DNA from: Hormiphora californensis
Lineage: Eukaryota; Animalia; Ctenophora
Reading direction: 5' to 3'
Assembly (NCBI GenBank): GCA_020137815.1
Contig: CM035352.1
Location: 4,402,001-4,466,000 of the forward strand
Length of the DNA: 64,000 bases
This document shows positions 12,790-24,045 of the stretch, one piece after another. The position numbers and the translations under genes were made by a program. The number at the start of each line of letters is the position of its first letter. The stretch's first letter is position 1. The notes under the pieces are model-generated. The model worked only from the letters and a program-made list of their open reading frames with translations, was not told where the DNA came from and did not search any database.

Positions 12790-14256
12790 CTCTAACACCC
12801 AACTGTGTGAAAAGTAAGAATGGAGGGTGGTGAAAATCAGAGCAAACCAATGTTCTGTAAATTAGAGTAAATACATATCTATGGTGTTATTTGGGGAACT
12901 TTGTCCAGCTCCCTATTTTACCTTGTTTTTTTCAAATGTGCTACAACAGTAAATATACCATTTTCCTCTCAATTTCTCACTATAATTTTCCCATTTTAGA
13001 AAATTGACTAGATACTTTTGTCGCTCAAAATTGACTAGCACCAGGATCCCTGGATACCCCCGAACCTTTTGGACACTGGGGCCTGGCCCCCTATTTGCAC
13101 CTTGGGTATTTACAGTTACCCTACTACTGATCACACCTTTGTACATCTGCAGATCGCTGCCAGAACCCCCCAGCCCACCCGCAAACCAAACCAATCGGTG
13201 ACGAACGAAAACTTGGCCAACCAACCATTCCCCCGCTACACCTTAACCCTGGCATGATTCCAATTTGAAGTCAGATGGTTACGATCGTTTTCCCATGCAC
13301 GTAGAACTTCCTTCCTCGGCAGCTCGAACACGGACATTGGACATGTAGGCCGTCCTGCGTAGGAGAAACGATACATCATTGGGCGAGTGGTGGGATTAAA
13401 AAGTTCGGAGGAAATATCAACAACAGGCTGTCTACCTGTCTAGATAAGAGAGTGAGAGAAAGAGTGAGAGAGTCGAGAGAGAGACGTGAGAGAGAGAGAG
13501 AGAGCGAGAGTAGAGGCAGTAGAGATGAGAGAGCCAGAGCAGAGAGAGATGAGAGAGAGAGATAGATAGTAGCAGTTTAGCGACGAGATAGAATAGACGA
13601 GAGAGAGAGAGAAGCGAGCAGGAGAGATCGCGAGAGATTGGTTGGTTGGTTGGGTTGGTTGAAATATAATTAGACTCATCAACAAGAAAGTATCACACAC
13701 AAATAAACATATAGTGTTCGATAGTCCAGCCCCATGCGAGGGACACACAACACACAGAAAAGTAAACACGCAACAATATTAGTGTCCCACAAGCTTGTAG
13801 GGCGGGTGGGGTTCCGATATAGCAGGAGTAGGTTCCTAGGAATGAAGTGGAGGATGGAAGGGAAATCTGAAATTGCTGAAAATATATCTAGAAGAGGATG
13901 TTTACGGGTTAGTGTTACGTGTTACGTGTTAGGTGTTACGGTTAGGTGTTACGTTATAAACTATAATAAATCATGGTAAGAGATAACAGAAAGCAATGTT
14001 AACCATATAGAAAACGAAGGTAGACAGATGGAAGAACCAACGAAAATTGGATGAAACATTTTGTATGGAAAATGGACTTACGAACCATACACTCAGCCTC
14101 AAAATGACTTACAAACCATACACTCAGCCTCAAAAGCTAAAATTGAAAGAAGACGAGAAATTGTATGGAGAAAACATCCAGAAAACTGGAAAGAGACCGT
14201 GGTCACTGGAAACAAGTACATGTCACTGGAATTCAAGTATATATGTCTTTGAAAAG

Positions 14257-15830
14257 TTAATAATCTTGAGCAAGGTTCATCTTAAATAATTGTCGAGTAT
14301 GTTTACTCTCGTAAGAGTGATTCCGTAGAATGTTAATCTGTTTCAAGCGGAAGGTTTCATCTTTTATGAATGGGTTCTGTAGGGTTGTGTTACAATCATC
14401 CCAATGAACGGGATCACCTGAACCTTGTACCTGTAGCAACCTGGTTTTAAACCTGTGATTTGAAAGTGTGAGTGCTAACAAAGATATTGTCAGGGCGAAT
14501 ACAGTTCCAAATTCTAGGGCCTTCAAAAGTAAGTTAATATCCAAATATCTGTGAATGCCCCTTGGAATAATTGCCAAATTAGGTTTACGACTAGAGAAAA
14601 CAATAGAATTGTCATCATTGAGTTTTGATTGATGTACTTTGGACAGTACAGCCATGTGATAAAGATGATGAACTGTGAGAATATCAAGATTGTTGAAAGT
14701 TAACCTTCGTTCCCGGTTTACCAAAGGAACCAGGTACTTTTGTTAAAGAGAACAAACATCTCAAAGCGTTTTTTTGTGCTCTGAAATAGGTAATAGTTTA
14801 TTCATGCAACCCCCACTTCCCAAACACTAATACTGTAATTGATATGGGATTGAAACAAGGCGTATAAACCGGAATCTTAAGTTGTTTAGGTAAAGATTTG
14901 CGTAACCTGTAAATAGAGCCAAGATTACGGTGTAGTTTGGTGGAAACTGATCTGATGTGGGCTTCCCATGTTAGGGAGTCCGAGATTTCAATACCCAAAA
15001 ACTTAAACTGTTTCACCTGTTCAATGATGGTACCATCATAGCACACGTGAACTGAGAAGGGTTAGTTGATTGGGGAGACAGAAGTGCATAAACTTAGTTT
15101 TGGAGGTGTTCACATGCAAGAAATTAGCATCAAAGTATTCCTTGAGAAGAGCCATCAGTTTATCAATAACCAGTGTACCTCAGGGGCACTCCTACCCGAA
15201 ACAAAGATGCTTGTATCATCAGCAAATAAAATAAAACGGGTGAACAGGAATCTGAGCCACAAGGCAAATTCACTATGTCATTGATGTACAGCAAGAAAAG
15301 TAACGGGCCAAGAGTGGAACCCTGAGGCACCCCGCAAGAAACAGGAAGTGGGTCAGAAATTTTGTCACCAACTCTGACAGCCTGTGACCGACCTGACAAG
15401 AAACTTTTGACAATTGCAAAAGTCCCGCGAATCCCATAATGTTCAAGTTTTGCAACAAGGATGCATGATGGAGCGTGTCGAAAGCCTTGCTCAAGTCCAG
15501 GAATAAACCCCGAGAAAAGCGCTTATTATCTAGGCTCTCAACAGCACTCCCAACACCCTCGTGCAAAGCCTGAGTGGTGGAGCGAACCCTTTAAAAATCC
15601 AAATTGTGATTTAGAAATTACAGAATGTACGTCTAGAAACTCAATGACTCTCTGTGTAAGCATTTTTCGAAACTTTTTACTTAGAATAGGCAAGAGGGGA
15701 TGTCTGTAATTGGATAGTGTATTGGTATCGCCCACCTTTGTGCAAAGGATGAACAGAAGCATGCTTTAGTTCGTCAGGGAAAACCCCTGCCGCCATACAC
15801 TTATTGATAATGGTAGAAGAAATCAGCAGA
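14257..15830 (-). pseudogene. Frameshifted LINE reverse transcriptase (CR1/L2-group ORF2 3' half)
   Basis: Across frames: IINKCMAAGVFPDELK, NYR.PLLPILSK, SQFGF, FLDLSKAFDT, GVPQGSTLGPLLFLLYIND, ADDT, KFLGIEISDSLTWEAHI. Confidence 0.85.
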
Positions 15831-17994
15831 AAACAGGAAATTAAGATGTATGCGTACGACGCTACTTTCAATGCAAATCAGTAATCACACCAAAAATCGG
15901 GCTAGTGATCGAAGATGTCCCGCACAGCATGGTTCACCAGTTGGAAACTGAAACCAGCTTCAAAAACCTGATGTCAGTTTCAATTTAGCAACTGGAGCGT
16001 AATGTGTATCAAGATGACCAAGAAAAAGCACAATTAGTCCCCTGTCAGGCGGGGTTTCATAAGAGATCTTTGCAAATTTTCCTAAGAACGATAACATTGT
16101 GAAAGTATGAGGGGTCAGCATTCATACGCCTCAGTCCCTATAAAGTAGAAAGCTTGGACTCCTCGTGCCAGGTGCGGCTCTGGCCGGGTGTCCACGAGGC
16201 TCGTTCCGCCCCTAAGTAGTCTCACCAGATTTTTTTTGATAGGGTGGAAGGAAGGGGAGCTGCAGAACTTTGCATTCGAGAGGTAAGAGGCATACATATA
16301 CCGTAAACTGTCAGCAAAAAAGAAAGATGAAAATTGAAATCTTAAGTTGTAACTTTTGTCTTATTTCGCGAAATTTCAAAATTGAAAAGTTACAACTCCG
16401 AAATTTCGCGCCGAAATTATTTCGGAGGGGCGCGATTATAATCTGGGTGCCTTGCAGCCGGTTTACAGGTGCGCGCTGCCAAAAGAGTATACTTAGACCG
16501 ACTTTTTTCAAACGGCTATAGCCACGCAACACCATGGCCAATTTGAGTAAACTAAACGGTAACTGATAGAGAATCGATAGCCCTAACCGATAACCCCAAA
16601 CAAACCCTAACCAGACCCTAACGGATAGCCCTAACCCGTCGCGCGCGCTAAAACTACGAATTGTTAGCAATGAAAGGCACCCAGATTTTTAACGTTTTCC
16701 ATTTCGGAGCTTTAAAAGGGATCCCTAAAAAAGTTCAGAGTTTACACAGAGTTTACACAGTCTTTACTCAGTCATTACACCCAGAGCGGCGCGTGCTGCG
16801 CGTTTTGGTGTTTTCACTGCAATCATGAGTGTTTTACGCGCTGCGGCTAAAAAATATGGTAACAACGCTGCTAAATTTTTAATATTCAGTGCGCTCTAAA
16901 ATAGAGGTTTTTTAATTTTTTTTAAAGTGGAAAAGCTACTAAAGATTTGAGAAAAGCGTTCAAATTTCAATTCAAACTCTCAAGGCCTCAGCTAAATAGA
17001 TTACAATCTGGGTACATACACAGCTATAAGTATATATGGGTGAACGCACACGGGGTGGGGATTTTAGATGTTCAGATGTGGGTGGGTGGTTGTTAGGCTT
17101 GTTCAGACTGCGGGTTCGTACCCAGGATCTCAAAACACAGTGGTTCACCAAGTTCGTACTGTTTCGGAAGATCTCACACACAAAGTTCATCATCACACAT
17201 TCATTCATCATAGACTCATAAACACGATCATATCCAAACTCAGCAACGGTCGATCATACGGACGAGGACTCACACACGAGTTCAGTGCGGGTGAAGGCCG
17301 AAGCCCCCCGATATCTCTCTTCACTTCTGCTTAAATATCCCGTCAACAAAACAGTCACGTGACTTCTGTACCAGAAACAACAGGGGTACTACCAAAGTTT
17401 GTGACACGCTTCCCGACTAGAACTGTTCACACCTTTCGAGTCAAGACGGCGGCCTATTCAGACTCATAGATCTGAATATAACTTTTCCTAAAACTACACT
17501 AAACTCTACTAGCAACTCTCTCGATCTCACTAACTCTCTCTGTCTATCAATGCATTCCACAAGTCTAACTGGACTCTCTCAACACGTTCACACGTCCATA
17601 CCATTCACATGTCAATAAGTACCAGGTCATATCTAGAACTAAACTAACTAGGGGACGGGGGATTGGACTTGTAGGTACGGGGAACCTGGGTATCTCTCAT
17701 ATATCCCACATGGGCCTGCCAGCGTTAAAATCTGGGTGTTTTGGGAGTGCTGACAAACGGTTTTTTAGGGTTAGGGCTAAAGTAAAGTCGGATTTTTTTA
17801 AACTGTCCCCCCTGAAATAACAAAATTTTTGAAAGTAGCGTCGTACGCAGTGTCAGCACGACGGGTGTCATTTGGCACCAAGAAACTGATATCAGTTTCA
17901 AATTTTGTAACTGGTCCCTTAATAATCCGAACAACAGTTTTGGATATTGTCTACCCCAAAAAGCTAACACCATGCTAACAACAGGTCAGCTATA

Positions 17995-19619
17995 ATGGCA
18001 GAGGTAGAAACCCCACAGGTTGAACCTGAGAAAATGTCCAGCGAAGAGGTGCCAACAGAACCTGACACAAAATCTAAAACATACAACAATGTTAAGATAG
18101 AGGAACTTTTGGCACGTACTGGTTATCCGTTGGAAATTACTGCGACCTGTAGGGCATACGGTGGACCTCCTCCTGATTTTACTGGGGATGAACCTACCTG
18201 CACATCACAGGTTAGTTGAAACTTAATACCAGTCACCATAACAACAGTCACCATAACAACAGTGACCTTGTTAACAGTCCGCTGACATTGAATGCTTTTT
18301 TTTGCGTGTTTTGGACGTCGTGGACAACACTTTGGGCGACGCTGTGCGGCCGGCCAATATGACGGAGCACCACTGTTAACAACATATATAATGAAACATA
18401 TATTCCCAGGTGTTTATTGGTCGTCTGCCAACTGACATGAAGGAAGATGAAATAGTGCCCGTTTTCGAGAAAATTGGTAAAATTTATGTTCTCCGTATGA
18501 TCATGGAGCGAGATCAACCAGATACCAATCGGTATGTGTCAATTTTAGTGCTGACTATTGTTATGCAGCGTGTAACAGATGTAATGTCTCGCAAGTCTCA
18601 AGTTTCAAATGTCACTTCTGTTATCTCTGTGCTGCAGTTTGTTTATATATTCCCCTCCCCCAGTGGTTTCGCCTTCCTCTACTACTGCACACAAGAGGAT
18701 GCAGAAGAGGCGATTAAACAACTCGACAATCACGAGATCCGAACTGGGGTGTTCCTGAAAGTATGCAAATCGGAGGGAAACAGAAGGTTGTACATGGGCA
18801 ATATTCACAAGGATAAGAATGAGGAAGAGCTAAAATCGGAGATGAGTAACCTCTTCCCTGGGGTGGAGAAGGTTACCATCCAGGCTGATACCGTGAAAAA
18901 TGCCAAGAACCGAGGTAGGTGGTGTGTGTGTGTCTTGACAGCATTATAAGTGGTTAAACAAAACCATTCCTTTCTACCGGGTGGTTCCCGCTACACATAA
19001 ATCCGGGTTTATTGATGTTATAATAGTCTCTCTGATATCTCTTGTTTATAGTAGGAAGACTAGGTCGGTACTTGCAAATGAGGATTACGCAACTTTTTGT
19101 GTACCAATCTAGCCTACCCTACTATCTCGCTCTCCTTGCTCTCTCTCTCCTCTCTTATCTCTCCCTCTGTTGCTTGATGATGTTCCGCTAACCGTCCATT
19201 TTATACCAGGGAGGCCCCCATTTTCTGGAGATTTCGAGGCGTTTATAACTAGGTAAAAACCAAACCATCAATCTATAACAATATAAGGCAATACCTCGGA
19301 CCTCTGAACTAACAATCTCTGCCCCCTCTCTTGATGCATTTAACGAGATTTGCTTTATCAGTTTTACAGATTTTAATCACTATTCAGGATATTGTAAACG
19401 GTGTTCGATCATATCTCTTTTGCAATAATTTCTCTCTTGTACTTCTCATTTGTTTCTCTGCCAGCGCTTTCCGATATATTTCTCTCTGTTCCATCTCTGT
19501 TGTCTCTTTGCAAAAGCTGTGCCCCCTCTCTCTCGCGGGTTTCTCTAACAAATATTCAGGTTTCTCTGATCACACACGCGTTTGACCGTCAAAATATCAG
19601 TTATCCATAAATTTTACTT

Positions 19620-19650
<31 letters not shown>

Positions 19651-20964
19651 CACACTCTCACCCTTTCACACAGGTCTCCCCCACACCAGGTTACATGTTT
19701 GTTGACTTCCTTGACCACAAGATGGCGGTGGATGCCAAGAAAGCGTGTTCGAGCAGCAAGAAGATCTTGTTTGGAAGATGGCTGAGGAATGTTGATTGGG
19801 CTGAATCCCAACATACCCCCAGTGAATCGGAAATGGAAAATGTACGTGTTCTTTGTGTGTATGTGTGTGTGTGTGCGTGTGTGTGTGTGTGTACGTGTTC
19901 ATTGTGTGTGTTTACTGTGTATGTGTATGTGTGTGTGTATATGTATCTCCACGTACTTCCATCCACACTGCTGACATTGGGGATCAGCTATAGCAGCTAG
20001 CCCCTAATTATACGTGTTCATTGTGTTGCTGGTTCATCTAGCTGTTTGGATTAAAAGTCGCACACGTGTGGCGTGTATAGTAGTAGTGCAACAAAGGATT
20101 TAATATTTGAGAGTGTGGTATATATAATTATCTACAATTATTACTTCTTCATGCACATACACACTGCATACACTACACACAGGGTCAGGTAACTACTACA
20201 CCCCCCCTGATTAAGACCCTAAATGTAACAACTACACCCCCAACCCCCCAGATTTAGGACCCTACATGTAACAACTACACCCCCCCCCCCAGATTAAGAC
20301 CCTACATGTAGCACCCCTGACGGAGGGTACCACAGAGGCCCAGATTAGGGAGCACTTTAATCCTTTCGCTGAAACTCTAGAGGAGATCCAAGTTGTGAGG
20401 GAGTTTGCTTTTGTTCACTTTAAAACAAGGGCAGACGCTGAGAAAGCGATGAATGAAGCGGACAAGGAAATTAATGGATCCACGGTAAATTAAACAATTA
20501 ATTAGTAACCTTGATTACCACTTTGTAAACAGCCTTCAAGATATAGTCAAATGGTTGTTATGATGTCCTCTTTTTTCATAGGTAACGATGCAGTTTGCAA
20601 ATCCGCGAGGTGGAGCTAAGAAGAAGAGGAAGCCCCGAATTAGCGGACCCCCAGGGGCACTCCACCCTAATGCACGGCAATATAATGACAACGGGGCTCC
20701 CCAGTACCCTAACTTTGATTCTTTCAAGGGAGGGATGAAGGGGTAAGTAGAGATATTATTTATTGGGGGAGGGTATATATATCGGCAGCGGGCAGCAGAA
20801 TAATATAATAATCCCCCCCCCCTTATTACAGTAACGACCAGCAAAACATGGCAATGTGGATGGCGAAGAAGCGAAGGACAGGAAATGGAAACGATCCCTG
20901 GTTTGACCCATCCTACTCCGACCAAGTTGGCGGTGGAAGTAACTCTGTTGGAAGTTGGTGGTGA
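17995..20964 (+). CDS. Three-RRM RNA-binding protein of the hnRNP Q/R (SYNCRIP) / A1CF / RBM46-47 family (exons 17995-18210, 18410-18531, 18664-18914, 19690-19841, 20293-20484, 20582-20742, 20832-20964)
   Basis: LLARTGY...R.YGGPPP, VFIGRLP, NRGFAFLYY, NRRLYMGNI, KNRGYMFVDF, VDWAE, FAFVHF; all introns GT-AG and phase-consistent. Confidence 0.9.
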
Positions 20965-21396
20965 GAGATGAGAGATATGATGCACTTTGAAAAGTCAGAA
21001 ATTATGTTTCTTGTCTGTGAGAGTGAGTGAAAATACAGAGTGAGAGCGTGAGTGTGTTTTGCTGGAAAAGGATTGACGAATTCATTTATTATATAATATA
21101 TATTGCATATCTCGATCTGTTTTATTCTCATACCCACAATATATTTATCCGTCCATGGTTCGCCAGTTCCATACATACCCGAAGTTTTATTATCCTTGTT
21201 CCAGGAATACATACTGACTTGTACAATGTACAATGTACAATGTACAAGTATGTACAATGTACAATGTACATACTTGTTCAGACTTTGCCTTATTTGACCC
21301 TCTCTCTCCGCACCCCGGGGAGAGGGTTATAACAAGTTCTTGAAGAGCAATGTAATATGAACAATGTATTTCACTTAACTTCCTCTTCTTAGCGTA

Positions 21397-22096
21397 ATGA
21401 CGAAAACAGGAGACCGTCTACAATCATGCGGGGTTTGAGGATTTCCTGCAGAGATACGAGAATGCGGGGTTAACCAGAGAACGCCAGGAGGAGTTGATCG
21501 CTATTCGCCCTATCATATGACATAACCCTGGATCAGGTGTTGCTGGAAGCCCTGTACAGAGTTCTAACATTCCTCCGCAAGCATTTCGTTGCTGTGGTGA
21601 TGGTTTTGTTGGTTGTTGGGGCAGTGGGTTATGTTGTCCATGCTGAGACGCAGGCTCGCTCCGGATACACTGACTACCAGCCCTGGCAGTTTGAGATGTC
21701 CGCTGTGCTGAGGATGACTCAGACGAAGGTAGGTCCACACTTCGATTTACCGGCCCCTGATTTACCAGCCCCAGATTTACCGGACAAAACAGTTTCCCCA
21801 GATTATCCCGGTAAATCGGGGGTCCGACTGAGCCGAGTCCGGTAAATCGAGATGAACTATTAACAGGCAATGTTTACTTTTTGTGACGCCCGTTGGTTTT
21901 GTATTTTCTTTGGTTTTTTACACTTTCTGGACAGTTGAATGGCGTTTCCATACTTTCCGATTAATATTCACACCACAACCCCATTCAGCTGCTTGGATGG
22001 TTTGACTGGGCTATTATCTACGACCTGACGTGTGCTGTTTCTAACCCCTACGTCCTATGGAAGAACTCCTTGGACAAGTCAGAAGTAGGACTGTGA
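21397..22096 (+). CDS. Possible single-pass membrane protein gene or fragment, frameshifted
   Basis: Hydrophobic FVAVVMVLLVVGAVGYVV segment, donor at ~21728, downstream exon LLGWFDWAIIYDLTCAVSNPY; weak recalled resemblance to C6orf89-like proteins, not verified. Confidence 0.3.
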
Positions 22097-22740
22097 GGCG
22101 AACCCTCAGATTCTCACAACCGTCCCTGCTTCACAATACTCAGGTATTCTTACAGTAAAGTATTGGAACGAAATACTGCATACTGCATGTTACGTGTTAG
22201 TAATCATGATTCTATACTGTGAAGTTGTGTTATTTGATATTAATTGTCATACAATTCATTATATGCTTCTATAACTCCACAAAGAGAAAGAGCAAGTTTT
22301 CAACCAAAGGTTTCTGAAACTCTCTCTATTCCCCCTGATAGGAGAACTGAATGAAGTATACCCTTTACCTTTACTGTTGACTGAATCTCAACAATCCTGG
22401 AAATTGGGCCCTCAATCAACCATTACCGATCTTTACTCTGTAAGAACATGCTCATTCGTTAGACGGGGGTGGGCCGTTGGGGGCGAAGGGGAGGGAGGTT
22501 CGCTAATCAGGCCAGTAAAAACAGTTGATCCCCCCTAAAATAATATTCATTATTATCTAACAGGCACTACAATTGTTGAGTGGTTCGAAGGACTACCCAT
22601 GTTATCATTTTCCTGGTAAGGTGACCTCTAAATCGGTGGACCCCGTTCAGGATCTGCTAAAAGGGAATCTGGTGGACACCACTGGTAACCAGATCACAGC
22701 TGTCTTCATGTGAGCACTGTTTGAATGATTATATGAAGCA

Positions 22741-22942
22741 TAAACTCTTGCCAGTGGCGCGTTATTTCAGATACCTTTCTCCCAGCGCGCCGCTGGGAGA
22801 AGGTAGCTGTAGTTTATCCGCCACTGGCGGATAAACTGGTTTAAATCACGACGACGATCCCGAGGCGTAGCCGAGGGAGAGGCGGAGGGGTTTAAACCTA
22901 TAACGCGTCTGTGGCAAGAGTTTATGGGTTATATACCCTGCT
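22741..22942. mobile_element. Multi-hairpin end of a non-autonomous DNA element that hosts LINE-B
   Basis: taaactcttgcca...tggcaagagttta outer stem; internal palindromes ttctcccagcgcgccgctgggagaa and gtttatccgccactggcggataaac; tatataccctgct (22930-22942) is inverted at 29973-29985. Confidence 0.55.
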
Positions 22943-23187
22943 TTAGTTGTTTGTTACAAGTATTAGACACTAACAAGAGAGAGAACACTAATCAAAACAC
23001 ACAAAGAGAACTGAGAAACAGTCAAAAACATCTCTCAATTGAGTGTACATTGAGTGTACATACCTATACTCTCTCTCGTTGTTACGTTGCTGCTCTCGCT
23101 TTGATCCAGTACATATCTACTTCCGAGATATACCTGCAGCTGCACAACGACACCCTGTACAGTACCTATACAAGCTTGTACTAGTAC

Positions 23188-24045
23188 ATGACTGCAAAGA
23201 GGACCCGGGCTGCTAGGGGGGCGCCCACTCCCGCCCCCGCTCCTAACATCCCCCTAGCAGACCCACCCCCGTCGGGTAGGTTTTGCGCTCACGATGTTTT
23301 CAATTTCTCTGCTCCTGCTTTCTCTGCTCCTACCATAGCCACCCCCTCCCGCCTCCCCTCACCTCACCTACAATTCACTGAGGTACATCAACCTGAGTAC
23401 GAGGACGGTCGGAGTATGATGACAACCAACACCCCAAGACCACATACCAGTAAGAACAGGACCTCTGGCTCTATATCTACCAAGTCGGTTTGTGTGATTT
23501 TGCTGATTGTGGGATTGGGTACCGGACTTTCGCTCTGGGGAATTGGCAAACTTGGCACTGAACCCAAATGTAAACCTGAATCAAAAACAATAGCCGAGTA
23601 CCCCCTCTCTTTCTCGACTAATTGCCCCTACTTTTTCTCTGCTGCAAAAAACTTGGCATGGACGGGGTTCGATCCGCTGCCCTCTCGCTCCGTGTGTGTG
23701 TCGGCTCTACCGGTTACGCCACATATGGGTTGGAAGATCTGCGATTCAGATGTATTTAGAGCAAACCCAAATAGCTACACTCCTCGAAAAAAACTACCAT
23801 GGACGGGCCGCGATCTTGCCTGCCCTGCTCGGACTGGGCGCGGCGTTGTGAGGGATCACACGACTGCGCCAAGGAGGCGATGTGAGTTGTGCGATTCTGA
23901 CATATATATACCATGCGAAATCTACGATTACGGACTAGTATCACCTGGCGTTGTTTTGGAATGTGACAGTGAACACATTATTGACTTTATTATGTATCAT
24001 AATCTAGAATCCAAGAGTGTGTACCACTACCCGCCTACAATATAG
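23188..24045 (+). CDS. LINE-B extra ORF: 285 aa predicted type II single-pass membrane protein with Cys-rich C-terminal domain
   Basis: Pro-rich N-terminus, basic KNR..K before hydrophobic VCVILLIVGLGTGLSLWGIG (aa ~101-120), 9 Cys downstream; its stop TAG overlaps the GTG of the next ORF. Confidence 0.7.
   Translation: MTAKRTRAARGAPTPAPAPNIPLADPPPSGRFCAHDVFNFSAPAFSAPTIATPSRLPSPHLQFTEVHQPEYEDGRSMMTTNTPRPHTSKNRTSGSISTKSVCVILLIVGLGTGLSLWGIGKLGTEPKCKPESKTIAEYPLSFSTNCPYFFSAAKNLAWTGFDPLPSRSVCVSALPVTPHMGWKICDSDVFRANPNSYTPRKKLPWTGRDLACPARTGRGVVRDHTTAPRRRCELCDSDIYIPCEIYDYGLVSPGVVLECDSEHIIDFIMYHNLESKSVYHYPPTI

Noticed and set aside
17067-17710. Possible solo LTR (tgtggg...cccaca)
   Set aside because: No matching TSD and no second copy or gag/pol sequence in the window.
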